Below the pieces are notes generated by a model. The model was not told the origin of the DNA. It made no database searches and was given only the letters and a program-made list of their open reading frames with translations. This document shows positions 46,245 through 56,544 of a DNA stretch of 64,000 nucleotides, one piece after another. Location: positions 1 through 64,000 of the IMG/VR virus record IMGVR_UViG_3300048065_001187. The stretch is one strand, 5' to 3'. Position numbers and translations under genes: made by a program. Position 1 is the stretch's first letter. The number at the start of each line of letters is the position of its first letter. This DNA is from a virus.

Positions 46245-46923
46245 TTATGACCATAAGTTTATTTATGTACATATCCCAAAGTCTGGCGGTACGTTTATCA
46301 AGCATTATCTTCTGTCAAATATAGAGCCTGGATATCAAGAAAACCAAAACCAGCAAGACTACGACGATAAATATAGAACTACATGTGAAAGATCCATAGG
46401 AGGAATCCTTCATGAAGTGCCCGATTATAAAAACTATTTTAAATTTACTGTAGTTCGCAATCCTTTTGACCGCGTAGTCTCCATGTTTTCATATCTTGGC
46501 GGCTGGAAATATGATTATTTTGTAGAGAATAATATCGACTCTCCTAAAATGCCATATGTGCAAAAGTTTCATGATTTTTATATCCGAGACGACTTTGACG
46601 GTTTTATTGATTACGCTTACGAACAAAAAGCTATTAAAGAGTTTCATGCGGGATACTATGAAACGAATTTAGAGAGAGTAAGAGTTCGTGGAAGAGTAGA
46701 GATTGACAAGTTTTTTAAAGTAGAAGACATGCAAAAGTGCTTATTCCAGCTGCAAATGAAACTTGGCTTTGAAAGCCGAAAGGGATTTGATGACTGGCGA
46801 AAGAATAGTAGCGCAGAGTATAAAAAGAAACAAGACTACAAAGATTATTATTCAACATACAGCAAAGACTATATAGAAAAACACTTTGCAGAAGATTTAA
46901 TTTATTTTAATTATGGATTCTAA
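46237..46923 (+). CDS. Carbohydrate sulfotransferase (Sulfotransfer_2 family)
   Basis: 5'-PSB motif FIYVHIPKSGGT, 3'-PB motif FTVVRNPFDRVVS and a C-terminal ED..YFNY. Confidence 0.9.
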   Translation: MYSYDHKFIYVHIPKSGGTFIKHYLLSNIEPGYQENQNQQDYDDKYRTTCERSIGGILHEVPDYKNYFKFTVVRNPFDRVVSMFSYLGGWKYDYFVENNIDSPKMPYVQKFHDFYIRDDFDGFIDYAYEQKAIKEFHAGYYETNLERVRVRGRVEIDKFFKVEDMQKCLFQLQMKLGFESRKGFDDWRKNSSAEYKKKQDYKDYYSTYSKDYIEKHFAEDLIYFNYGF

Positions 46924-47713
46924 ATTTGTAGTTTTCGGTCAAGAAAGGGCGGGAACCACAAGTTTAATTGCCGCTCTTAACAAGAATGATCGGATTGTTC
47001 ATGAGCCGCTATCTTCTTTGACTGGCGATCTTGAGCATAACTCACGGTACGCTAAGATTATTGAAGAACATGGAATGAATCCAGAATATTTACCAAAGTC
47101 AGACCATATACCGTATTTCAATAAATTTAATAATATATCGGAAGACAAAGATAAGCTTTGGGATTTTTTAGATGATTTATTTAAAACTTTTGATGGAGTT
47201 AAACATGTCTGGTGTACAGTTTCAGAAGTCGGTAACGAAAACTTTATATATTACTGCGCGGCACACGGCATAAAAATTATATACCAATATAGAGAAAGTG
47301 CATTTTATCCTGCAGTTTCGTGGCAGCTTGCTAACCAAGTTCAAGTTTGGCAGCTGGGCGAACAAAAAGAGCACAAAGAAAAAGTTGACTTATTCGACTA
47401 CCAAGAATTAGAAGAGCCACCTATTCAAAGAAGAATTAAATGGTATAAAAAATATTTACCTCATTACCATGAGTTACTTCCTCCTGATGCCTACATCTCT
47501 AAATACGAAGATCTTTACGGCTTAGAAACTTATCAACAAAGACTTGCTCAGTTTGACAATATAGCCGCATATCTTGACATAGAAGTTGATTATAATAATG
47601 TTGAGAATTTTTTGGGCACAGACAGAAGAGTTTTTGGTAAAAAAGCATACGACAAGATACCCAACTATCAAGAAATGTTTGATAAATATGGAGATGAGAA
47701 GATTATATTGTGA
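46913..47713 (+). CDS. Sulfotransferase (Stf0-like)
   Basis: FVVFGQERAGTTSL..AL...HEP, KIIYQYRE...AVSW, YEDL and IPNYQE motifs. Confidence 0.7.
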   Translation: MDSKFVVFGQERAGTTSLIAALNKNDRIVHEPLSSLTGDLEHNSRYAKIIEEHGMNPEYLPKSDHIPYFNKFNNISEDKDKLWDFLDDLFKTFDGVKHVWCTVSEVGNENFIYYCAAHGIKIIYQYRESAFYPAVSWQLANQVQVWQLGEQKEHKEKVDLFDYQELEEPPIQRRIKWYKKYLPHYHELLPPDAYISKYEDLYGLETYQQRLAQFDNIAAYLDIEVDYNNVENFLGTDRRVFGKKAYDKIPNYQEMFDKYGDEKIIL

Positions 47714-48597
47714 ACGATTATTATTATTTTTCTCGTGATACTGGCTGGGGCGATACTTTGTGGCATCTCACAAATGCCTTAATGTATTGTGAGCAGAATA
47801 ATAAAGGTATGCTCGTTGATATGCGCGGGCATTGGGCCAGCAAAGGTGATAGTAATTTGTTCACCGAATACTTTCACCATATTGATACAGACATCGAAGT
47901 CATCATAAATGAAGAATACATAGACCAACTCAAAAAAGATGCCGAAAAACATTCTGACTCTAGATTAGTAATAAAAAACCCACTTAAATCTAAAGAAGAG
48001 TCTAAAAAATTTTATGATACATTTGATCGAATCAGCGTTCACGGAACTATCGCCAAAGAAATAGATGAGATACGTGAAAAATATTTTGCCGCGAATTATA
48101 TAGTTGGAGTTCATGCCAGAACATCAAACGGAGAAGTTTTGCCGCTAAGAACCGGAAACTCAAATCGTTTTCAGGGAGAAAGAAATGCAATACAAACTAT
48201 TTTTGATATTTACAAAGAGAAAATAGATCAGGTATTATTTGATGCCCCTCGTGCATTTTTAAAATCTTGTGATAATTATAAATTTTTTGTGGCCACAGAT
48301 TCAAAGCAGTTTGTTGATTTGTTTGAAAAAGAATACGGTAATACAATCGTAACCGAAAGGTATTTTGCCCCTCCAGGTTGTGGCACTGGCCACGAAAAAG
48401 GCGAACAATCCACAGAGATACAAATTCAGATGGAAGAAAAATATGGACGCATAAACATAGCTAAAGAAGCTTTGGTTGACTTTTACTTATTACAGTATAC
48501 AAATTTTTTATTTAAAAACTTTAGCAGGTTTAATGAGTTTTGCCTGTATAAAGGTATACCAAATTTTCACATTAATTTTCAGGAGAAGTGTTATTAA
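47710..48597 (+). CDS. NodZ-like fucosyltransferase
   Basis: TGWGDTL, VDMR, VGVHART..GE, FFVATDS and EALVDFYLL motifs. Confidence 0.78.
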   Translation: MNDYYYFSRDTGWGDTLWHLTNALMYCEQNNKGMLVDMRGHWASKGDSNLFTEYFHHIDTDIEVIINEEYIDQLKKDAEKHSDSRLVIKNPLKSKEESKKFYDTFDRISVHGTIAKEIDEIREKYFAANYIVGVHARTSNGEVLPLRTGNSNRFQGERNAIQTIFDIYKEKIDQVLFDAPRAFLKSCDNYKFFVATDSKQFVDLFEKEYGNTIVTERYFAPPGCGTGHEKGEQSTEIQIQMEEKYGRINIAKEALVDFYLLQYTNFLFKNFSRFNEFCLYKGIPNFHINFQEKCY

Positions 48598-49530
48598 ATG
48601 AAATCAATATTAGTTACAGGCGGACTCGGCTTTATAGGAAGCAATTTTGTCAAACATATTTTCAAAAAGTATGATTATAAAATTTTTAATGTTGATGTAA
48701 AAACTTATGCAGCAAACTACAAGAATATAAGCGAAGAAATCAATCAGTCAGGTAGATATTATTTATCTTTGTATGATATCAACAGCACAAAAGATATAAA
48801 AAGATTAGTTCAAAAGAATCAAATTAATTATATTGTTAATTTTGCAGCAGAAAGTCATGTAGATAATAGTATAAATAATTCAAATCCATTTGTTGAAACG
48901 AATATAAATGGAACTCATTCATTATTAACACTATTACATGATTGCCCAAGTATAGAGAAATATCTTCAAGTATCTACAGACGAGGTATACGGCAGTTTAA
49001 TGGAAGAAGACGATCCTTTTACTGAAAATACTCCATTACAAGCTAACAGCCCTTACTCTGCAAGTAAAGCAAGTGCAGACTTATTGTGTCGCAGTTTTTA
49101 TGAGACTTTTAATTATCCTATTTTAATTACTCGCTGCTCAAACAATTATGGGCCAAATCAACACGAAGAAAAGCTAATCCCATTAATGATTAAAAATGCT
49201 AAGCTAGGCAAAAAATTACCCGTTTACGGCGATGGCAGAAATATTCGTGACTGGATTCATGTTTCTGATCATTGTTCGGGCATTGATGCGGTTTTACATA
49301 GTGGTAAAATTGGTGAAATTTATAATATTGGCGGAAAAAATGAAATGCGCAATATCGATATCATCAAGACTATCCTTAAATTGTTAGGCAAAGATCAAAG
49401 TCAAATAGAATTTATTCAAGACAGACTGGGCCATGATTGGCGTTACGCAATTGACAATAGTAAAATACAAAACGAATTAGGCTGGAATCCAAGTGTAAGT
49501 TTTATGAGTGGATTAAAAGAATTAATATGA
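48598..49530 (+). CDS. rfbB: dTDP/NDP-glucose 4,6-dehydratase
   Basis: VTGGLGFIGSNF, NFAAESHVDNSI, VSTDEVYG, SPYSASKA, TRCSNNYGP and DRLGHD.RYAID motifs. Confidence 0.96.
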   Translation: MKSILVTGGLGFIGSNFVKHIFKKYDYKIFNVDVKTYAANYKNISEEINQSGRYYLSLYDINSTKDIKRLVQKNQINYIVNFAAESHVDNSINNSNPFVETNINGTHSLLTLLHDCPSIEKYLQVSTDEVYGSLMEEDDPFTENTPLQANSPYSASKASADLLCRSFYETFNYPILITRCSNNYGPNQHEEKLIPLMIKNAKLGKKLPVYGDGRNIRDWIHVSDHCSGIDAVLHSGKIGEIYNIGGKNEMRNIDIIKTILKLLGKDQSQIEFIQDRLGHDWRYAIDNSKIQNELGWNPSVSFMSGLKELI

Positions 49531-50222
49531 TTAAAATTTTTCAAATTCATTATAAGGATGAACAAAAAAAAGATCTCCTTGATGGCTTCACTCCATATAT
49601 GAACCATAAAAAAAGCATTTCTATGGAGTCTGAATGCATACATGACATTAGACACAACAGATTAACGAGCGATATTACTCACATTGGATCAGTAGGCTAT
49701 AAATTACACAATAAAGTACTCCATAAACCTCAATACATAGATTTTCATAGAACAATAGAAGCACATCGTGATGCGGATATATTTTCGCCCAGGTTAGAGA
49801 CGCTATGGATTAAGGCAATCAGGCGACCTCGTCGTATTTGTTATCCAAATCAGCTTGATATGAGGTTTTCAGCTATACCATTTTTGGAAGATCTTGCAGA
49901 TTTGAATGTCATTAAAAAATCATCAATTAAGTTATGGGAGCGACCTTATAAATCTCCTGCTTATTTTAATTACTGGGTAGCTAAGCGAGAAGTCTTTTTA
50001 GATTATGTTGATAATTTTTTAGATAAAGTTTTTGATTTAATGCATAGCTATGATAAAGATAATTGGATATTTACCGTAGATGAGGATTACACCCCCGTTC
50101 CACCAGAAGAGTGGCAAAATGCTACGGGATTTTCAAATTATCCTATTATTACATTTATCTTGGAGAGATTAATTAATATATATATACAAGATAGAAAACT
50201 CAACCACAAAGCAATATTATGA
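49527..50222 (+). CDS. Putative glycosyltransferase-like protein (DUF4422-like)
   Basis: KIFQIHY, FNYWVAKREVFLDY..FL and FILERL motifs. Confidence 0.5.
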   Translation: MIKIFQIHYKDEQKKDLLDGFTPYMNHKKSISMESECIHDIRHNRLTSDITHIGSVGYKLHNKVLHKPQYIDFHRTIEAHRDADIFSPRLETLWIKAIRRPRRICYPNQLDMRFSAIPFLEDLADLNVIKKSSIKLWERPYKSPAYFNYWVAKREVFLDYVDNFLDKVFDLMHSYDKDNWIFTVDEDYTPVPPEEWQNATGFSNYPIITFILERLINIYIQDRKLNHKAIL

Positions 50223-50947
50223 ATACTAATAAATTATACAGCTGGATGCTTAAATGCAATAATTTTATAATAGACTGGTCACCAAAAGCAGGATGCACAG
50301 TTATAACAAAGATTTGGTTTGATTGTATGAATGTTCTTGAGGAAGCACTTGAGACTGAGGTAGTTCACAATAGACGATTAATTAAAGGCTGGGTACATGA
50401 CTTCACACCAACATTTAAAAAAAGATTTGGAAAGGTAACATCAGACGAGTTAAAATCCGATAATTTTATTAAAATTAAATATGTTAGAAACCCATATGAT
50501 AGAGCAGTAAGTTCATACATTCATTGCTGTAAACATCCAGAAATCTTATTAGGAAAGCACAAGGATAAAAACCCTACATTTAAAGATTTTTTAAATCTTA
50601 TAGTTACCAATAAAATACACGACGATCATTACGAAATTCAAAATTCTTTTCCAGAAATAAAATACGATGAAATCATTAAGATAGAAAACCTAGAATCGGA
50701 AACAAAAAGATTAAATGAAAAATACGATATAAAACTTAAATGCGATTTTAATTCAAGCCATCATGTTAAAAAGAAAAATAAAATTGATAATTTCTTTAAT
50801 ATTCCTGTGTCCGATGTTAAAAAATATTTACATAAAAATAAAGAACTTCCCACCTATGATTCATTTTACAACGACGAAACAAAGGAAATAGTTTATCAAA
50901 TATATAAAACAGATATAGAAAGGTTTAATTACAAATCCCCATATTAA
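50219..50947 (+). CDS. Carbohydrate sulfotransferase (Sulfotransfer_2 family)
   Basis: WSPKAGCT, VRNPYDRAVSSY, IIKIENL and YKTDIERFNY motifs. Confidence 0.85.
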   Translation: MNTNKLYSWMLKCNNFIIDWSPKAGCTVITKIWFDCMNVLEEALETEVVHNRRLIKGWVHDFTPTFKKRFGKVTSDELKSDNFIKIKYVRNPYDRAVSSYIHCCKHPEILLGKHKDKNPTFKDFLNLIVTNKIHDDHYEIQNSFPEIKYDEIIKIENLESETKRLNEKYDIKLKCDFNSSHHVKKKNKIDNFFNIPVSDVKKYLHKNKELPTYDSFYNDETKEIVYQIYKTDIERFNYKSPY

Positions 50948-50948
50948 T

Positions 50949-51389
50949 ATGAACAGACAAATAATAGGATTTACAGCAGGAAACTTTGATCTCTTGCATC
51001 CAGGATACATTTATACTTTTGAAGAAGCAAAACGACACTGTGATCGTTTTTTAGTGTTTTTACAGAAAGATCCAAGCGCTACAAGGTTCACAAAATATAA
51101 GCCTGTCATACCATATTACGAACGTTACAAAGCATTAATGGCTATAAAATATATAGACGAAGTATATATGTATCAAACAGAGGATGAATTGGTGGAACTA
51201 ATAAAATTCTGGAAACCTGATATCCGCATACTTGGAGAAGATTATATCGGTAAAGGTTTTACTGGTGATGATCTACCTCCCCGTGTAATATATACTACTC
51301 GATCACATGAATGGTCTACTACTCGATTAAAAGATTTGATTACGAAGCAAACGATGAAACAGAATCCAAATATACTGAAAGATGAGTAA
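50949..51389 (+). CDS. Cytidylyltransferase (TagD/RfaE-like; HxGH-type motif reads HPGY)
   Basis: GFTAGNFDLLHPGY, KPV...ER, YIDEV, LGEDY and WSTT motifs. Confidence 0.88.
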   Translation: MNRQIIGFTAGNFDLLHPGYIYTFEEAKRHCDRFLVFLQKDPSATRFTKYKPVIPYYERYKALMAIKYIDEVYMYQTEDELVELIKFWKPDIRILGEDYIGKGFTGDDLPPRVIYTTRSHEWSTTRLKDLITKQTMKQNPNILKDE

Positions 51390-52494
51390 AACCATATTTT
51401 ACGGAGCCTTTGGTAGACATAACTTTGGGGATATGCTATTTCCATATATTTTAAAATCATTACTAAAAAGTAATTCAATAAATACAGACATAGAATATTG
51501 TGATATAACAGAAGCAGATATGAGGCGTGATGGTGGTCACAATGTAAAATCTATTACAGATTTTTTTGATTACGAATTAGAATTAAATTTGATTCAAGCA
51601 GGTGGTCATACTGCAAACGATTGTAATGCTCTGCAATATTTCCCCCAAGGCATAAAGAAGAAATATAGCCATTTATTGAATCAAAGAGGTATTTATCCTT
51701 CGTACATTTTAAGTAAAAAAGCATTCAATAAACCTAATATTTTTATAGCAAACGCAGTCGGAGGGTTTTCTGCTAGTGGCGCAAATAAATTAAAAGAGTA
51801 TAATTTTGTGAGTTTTAGAAATAAAGGTTCTTATAATAAATCATTAGATTTTGGGTTAGAATGTCAATTCGCACCCGATTGCGTAGTATTATTGAAGCGC
51901 TTTTACGATAAAACCATCTCTGGCAGAATCTCAACTTCAGAAGATATAAAAACATTAAATAGCTTATATGGTAAAGATTATATTGCAATACAAATTAGTA
52001 AAGGTTTACTAAACGGACGATCAGGCGAAATAATTCAAAATGTTAAAAACGTAATTGAAGAAACTGAGCTACCATTGGTTTTTTTCTGCGCTGGGATCGC
52101 GCCGGGGCACGATTCAATGAATCTATATAAGCAAAAATTTCAAAATATCTTACCAAACAATATGGTCTATTTTTTCGATGGGACAAATATTTGGGATACT
52201 TGCAATGTCATATCTAATGCTAAATTTGCTATAGGCACAAGTCTTCATGTTCGCATAGTTTCCACTGTATTTAATGTTCCACGAGTCACCTTGTATTCTG
52301 GTCATGCAGACAACAAAGCAAGAGAGTTTATTGAACAATGGGACACCGTAAGCCATTATAAAGACAACAAATCTTTAACAAAGTACATTCAAAAAGAACT
52401 TAAAGAACATGATTATGATGCTGATGCAAAACAATTAAAATTTTTAGAAAATGAATATTTAACAAAATCAACTTGGATAAATTTATTGAAATAA
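51382..52494 (+). CDS. Polysaccharide pyruvyl transferase
   Basis: GAFGRHNFGDMLF, AGG, NAVG, SFRN..S, APD and IGTSLH motifs. Confidence 0.82.
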   Translation: MSKTIFYGAFGRHNFGDMLFPYILKSLLKSNSINTDIEYCDITEADMRRDGGHNVKSITDFFDYELELNLIQAGGHTANDCNALQYFPQGIKKKYSHLLNQRGIYPSYILSKKAFNKPNIFIANAVGGFSASGANKLKEYNFVSFRNKGSYNKSLDFGLECQFAPDCVVLLKRFYDKTISGRISTSEDIKTLNSLYGKDYIAIQISKGLLNGRSGEIIQNVKNVIEETELPLVFFCAGIAPGHDSMNLYKQKFQNILPNNMVYFFDGTNIWDTCNVISNAKFAIGTSLHVRIVSTVFNVPRVTLYSGHADNKAREFIEQWDTVSHYKDNKSLTKYIQKELKEHDYDADAKQLKFLENEYLTKSTWINLLK

Positions 52495-52495
52495 C

Positions 52496-53350
52496 ATGCA
52501 CATTATATTAGGAAAAAACGGATACATAGCAGAAGCTATAATAAAAGAATTAAAGTCACGCGATTTACCTTATGTCGCATGGAGTAGGAGTGATGTAGAT
52601 TACACAAATCTTGCAGAACTCAAATATAATCTTTATATTTTAGGAGATGACTTGCATATTATAAATTGTGCAGGGTATATCGGCAAGCCAAATGTTGACG
52701 CTTGTGAATTAGCAAAAGCCGATTGTATAGAAGGTAATGTTTTGCTTCCTGCGATGTTAGCTCAATTGTGCCACGAAAAGGGATATAATTTTACGCAGAT
52801 ATCTTCGGGCTGTATCTATGGTGGATACGAAAAAGATTTCACCGAACAAGATGCCCCTAATTTTGACTTTCAAAATGGTAGTTTTTATAGCGGGACGAAA
52901 GCTCTTGCAGAAAAAGTTGTCTTACAAAATAATCCAAATAGTTATATTTTTAGACTGCGGATTCCATTTGATGAATATGCATCTCCAAGAAATTACTTAA
53001 CCAAATTATTATCTTACGATACTTTGTTGGATGCAAAAAATTCTTTATCTCATCGTGCTGACTTCGCTAAATATACAATAGATCTTATTGAGCAAAAAGT
53101 ACCTCATGGAATTTACAATATTACAAATAAAGGTAGCGTCACAACAAAAGATGTTGTAGATTTAATTAAAAAACATAATTTATCAGATAAATATTTTAAG
53201 TTTTTTGATGACTCAGAATCTTTCGCCAAAGCGACAGTCGCCCCAAGATCAAATTGCGTATTAGACACATCTAAAATAGAACAATATATAAAAATAAGGA
53301 CTGTAAGTGAAGCTTTAATAGATTCTATTAAGAATTATCGATATGAATAA
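52496..53350 (+). CDS. NDP-4-keto-6-deoxyglucose 3,5-epimerase/4-reductase (NRS/ER, RmlD-like)
   Basis: LGKNGYI, INCAGYIGKPNVDACE, SSGCIY, SFYSGTK, RLRIPF, RNYLTKL and APRSNC.LD motifs. Confidence 0.85.
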   Translation: MHIILGKNGYIAEAIIKELKSRDLPYVAWSRSDVDYTNLAELKYNLYILGDDLHIINCAGYIGKPNVDACELAKADCIEGNVLLPAMLAQLCHEKGYNFTQISSGCIYGGYEKDFTEQDAPNFDFQNGSFYSGTKALAEKVVLQNNPNSYIFRLRIPFDEYASPRNYLTKLLSYDTLLDAKNSLSHRADFAKYTIDLIEQKVPHGIYNITNKGSVTTKDVVDLIKKHNLSDKYFKFFDDSESFAKATVAPRSNCVLDTSKIEQYIKIRTVSEALIDSIKNYRYE

Positions 53351-54053
53351 ATATAAGATTTTAATAAGTTTTGTTTATTTTGAAAAAGATAATACAAAAA
53401 AAAATTTACAGTTCTTTTTAAAACATGGCCTTAAAAAGAATCACCACCTCTTAATTAACTGCAAATCAAATAATTTCTCGATAGATACTTCTGCCTACGA
53501 TAATGTAAAAGTAATAATGTCTAATGAAAACTTAGGTTTTTGCATGAAAGGGCATCTTGATAACCTGAGCACAATAAGCTCATTCAATGATTTTGATTAT
53601 TTTATCATCATGAATGATAGTGTAAAAGGTCCATACTTCAGGGGGCTAGATTGGGAAGATCCATTTATCTCTAAAATAAATCAAGGCTTTGATATGTGTG
53701 GGACCATAAATAATCACGGGTATTTTAATTTTCTGACTCCAGCTCATGTAAAAAAATTTTATGATTTCATAAAAGACAAGCCTGCAATTAGTTATAAAGA
53801 TGCGGTTGATATCGAATTTGGCTTTCACCCTTTAGGCAAGAGAACTAACTTAACCAATATAAAATGGTGGGATAGACCTCATTCTCCATGGGATGTTATT
53901 TTTGTGAAGCAAAATAGAATAGGTTTTTTTCAAGGAGACGAAAACGAATGGACAGCTACAGACATTAGTTATATAACTGAAGAGGTTTTAGATAAATGCG
54001 ACAAAGAAATGGATTTAATATATGAAAAAAATAGGCAGTCCAGAAATATTTGA
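53343..54053 (+). CDS. Putative glycosylation-related protein
   Basis: NLQFFLKHG, NENLGF and DYFIIMNDSVKGP (RgpF-like/GT-A-like segment), in a glycan cluster. Confidence 0.45.
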   Translation: MNKYKILISFVYFEKDNTKKNLQFFLKHGLKKNHHLLINCKSNNFSIDTSAYDNVKVIMSNENLGFCMKGHLDNLSTISSFNDFDYFIIMNDSVKGPYFRGLDWEDPFISKINQGFDMCGTINNHGYFNFLTPAHVKKFYDFIKDKPAISYKDAVDIEFGFHPLGKRTNLTNIKWWDRPHSPWDVIFVKQNRIGFFQGDENEWTATDISYITEEVLDKCDKEMDLIYEKNRQSRNI

Positions 54054-54939
54054 TAATGATTCAGAATGCCCCGAAACTTCATGGGGTCAAAAGTTTAGAA
54101 ACACTAGATTAGTTTTTAGGAAAAAAGATGGTAAACTTGAATTCCACACTTATGGTGGTGATCACAGACCTCGTACTTTTATTTCTCAAATTAAGCGGGC
54201 AGATCAAGATGTTATATTTAATGATTTTGATTATAAAAGATTATATACAACAGATAACAATCCTGGGCATGATATGGTTGAATCCAGTCCAGAGCCTGTT
54301 TTTTCGCAGTGCTACATCGATCCAGAGTCAGAGTGCTATCCAGATACATTTAAAATGGAACAGTATCATAAAGATTTAATTTGCTGTCCTGATTTTAATT
54401 TTTCCACTTGGCTAAATTTCAATCACGCTCAAATGTATGACGACCTTTTAGATTTGGAGTTAAATGATAATCCGATACCCAAAATCTGCTGGAGAGGCGC
54501 GGCAAGAATAGATAGTAGAAAAAATCTTTGTGAATTGACTAAAAAATATCCAGAGCATATTGACGCATATCATGTCGGCGGTCAAAATCAAGATCACAGA
54601 ATGAGCCTATTTGATACTTTTAAAAACTATAAGTATGTAATTGATACTCAAGCTTTTGGTTTTAGTGGCAGATTAAAATATTTATTATTAAGTGGCAGGT
54701 TATTATTCCTGCAATGTCATTACCATAAATGCTTTTTCGAAAAGAGTCTTGAGCCATGGATTCATTATATCCCAGTGAAGCATGATTTTTGTGACATTAT
54801 TGACAAAATAAAATGGGCACAATCCAATGAACAAAAGTGTAAACAAATTATAGAAAATACCCTGAAATTCTCTCGCTCAACCTTTTCAATACCGAACATT
54901 AATAAAATCTGGAAAAATCTGTTAAATAATGAAAATTAA
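54022..54939 (+). CDS. Glycosyltransferase family 90 (CAP10/POGLUT-like)
   Basis: PDFNF..W, CWRGA, YKYVID....SGRLKYLL and LEPWIHYIPVKHD...IKWA motifs. Confidence 0.85.
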   Translation: MKKIGSPEIFDNDSECPETSWGQKFRNTRLVFRKKDGKLEFHTYGGDHRPRTFISQIKRADQDVIFNDFDYKRLYTTDNNPGHDMVESSPEPVFSQCYIDPESECYPDTFKMEQYHKDLICCPDFNFSTWLNFNHAQMYDDLLDLELNDNPIPKICWRGAARIDSRKNLCELTKKYPEHIDAYHVGGQNQDHRMSLFDTFKNYKYVIDTQAFGFSGRLKYLLLSGRLLFLQCHYHKCFFEKSLEPWIHYIPVKHDFCDIIDKIKWAQSNEQKCKQIIENTLKFSRSTFSIPNINKIWKNLLNNEN

Positions 54940-55921
54940 TATTATAGGATGCGGGCTTGCTGGAGTCACTTCTGCAATTTTGCTGAAAGAACAAGGGCAT
55001 GATGTGGAAATTTTTGAAATGCGCGATCATATCGCAGGTAACTGTTTTGACATAAAGCAAGATGGAGTTACCGTTCATATGTACGGTGCTCATATTTTTC
55101 ACACGCCAGATAAAGAAGTGTGGGATTTTGTAAATAGATATTCTAAATTCAATGATTATGAGCATAAAGTTCGCGCGAATACAAAATATGGATTAATATC
55201 AATTCCTTATAATAAAAAGACTGCCGAACAAATAGGTAGAGATTTAAATCCTAAAGAAATTCAAGAACTTATTTTTAAAGAATATTCGGAAAGACATTGG
55301 GGAATTCCATGGGAAGAACTTCCAAAATCTATATCAGGAAGAGTTCCCAATAAAAGAGATAATTATGACGAGCGTTATTTTGCCGAAGACTATCAAGGAA
55401 TACCAGTAAACGGTTATACCGAAATGTTTAAGAGCATGCTTGATGGAATCAAAGTAAACCTCGGAGTGTCCAAAAAAGATTATAAAAAGCTTAAATGCGA
55501 TAAAATGATTTACACTGGTAAGCCAGATGAGTTTTTCGATTTTTCTTTTGGTAAATTACCATATAGATCTTTACGATTCGAACACTTTCGTGGCGAAAGA
55601 AATGATGATTTTTCTTTTGAAAAGGGCAGTGTCATAAATGAATGTAATGATAAGAAATTTAATCGCACTGGAGATAATGCAATTTTCTTGAATGAAACTG
55701 ACTTAGATCATACAATATATACACGCGATTATCCAGAAGAACATGATGAAACTAATGATCCAATATACCCCAAGAACTTTGGCGAAGGACAGGCTACATA
55801 TGACAAATACAAACAAGCAATTTTGTCAGAAAATAACGTTATTTTTCTTGGCAGGCTTGCAAGTTATAAATATTTAGACATGTGGATGGCAATCAAGCAA
55901 GTCATGACTAAATTAAAATGA
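54929..55921 (+). CDS. glf: UDP-galactopyranose mutase
   Basis: IIGCGLAG, RDHIAGNCFD, HMYGAHIFHT, YQGIP..GYT, LPYRSL, PIYP and GRLASYKYLDM motifs. Confidence 0.96.
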   Translation: MKINIIGCGLAGVTSAILLKEQGHDVEIFEMRDHIAGNCFDIKQDGVTVHMYGAHIFHTPDKEVWDFVNRYSKFNDYEHKVRANTKYGLISIPYNKKTAEQIGRDLNPKEIQELIFKEYSERHWGIPWEELPKSISGRVPNKRDNYDERYFAEDYQGIPVNGYTEMFKSMLDGIKVNLGVSKKDYKKLKCDKMIYTGKPDEFFDFSFGKLPYRSLRFEHFRGERNDDFSFEKGSVINECNDKKFNRTGDNAIFLNETDLDHTIYTRDYPEEHDETNDPIYPKNFGEGQATYDKYKQAILSENNVIFLGRLASYKYLDMWMAIKQVMTKLK

Positions 55922-56544
55922 AATATGATTTAATACATGCAACAAAAACTGGAGGAAGTGCCCTTTATAGTTTTTTGCTCAAAAATTATTCTGAATATTT
56001 CACTATACAAATAAAACATTCAGCCAAAAGAAAACCACATTCTTTTTTATGCGGGGATTCAGAGAATCCTATAATCATTTTTCGAGATCCTATAGACAGA
56101 TTTAATTCGATGTTTTCTTACTGGAAATATGGATCGTCAACATGGAGACGCTCTCGTCTTTTTCTAAAAGAAACTAAAAATATAGGTGTTAATAATTTTG
56201 TTTCTTTGATACGCAATAATCGCATTGATATCTTAGACAGAGCTTTTACTTGGGATGCTCATTATTCTACACAGTCTAGATGGCTTACTGGTGATTATCA
56301 AAACATTATTATCATTAACTATCAAAATGACTTACAATCTTCACTTGTTAGTCTTTTAGGCTTTTTGCAAATTCCAGACAAAGGGGTTCACCTTAAAAAA
56401 GTTAATGCCAGTAAAAAACGGCAAAATTATTTCGAAGATCTGAATCAGGAATCATTGGATTGGTTTTATGAATATTATAAGGAGGATTTTGAAATACAGC
56501 AAAAGATCTCATCAACACCAGAAATTTTTAAAAAAGTAATATGA
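55918..56544 (+). CDS. Carbohydrate sulfotransferase (Sulfotransfer_2 family)
   Basis: LIHATKTGGS, FRDPIDRFNS, HY..Q..W and YKEDF motifs. Confidence 0.82.
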   Translation: MKYDLIHATKTGGSALYSFLLKNYSEYFTIQIKHSAKRKPHSFLCGDSENPIIIFRDPIDRFNSMFSYWKYGSSTWRRSRLFLKETKNIGVNNFVSLIRNNRIDILDRAFTWDAHYSTQSRWLTGDYQNIIIINYQNDLQSSLVSLLGFLQIPDKGVHLKKVNASKKRQNYFEDLNQESLDWFYEYYKEDFEIQQKISSTPEIFKKVI

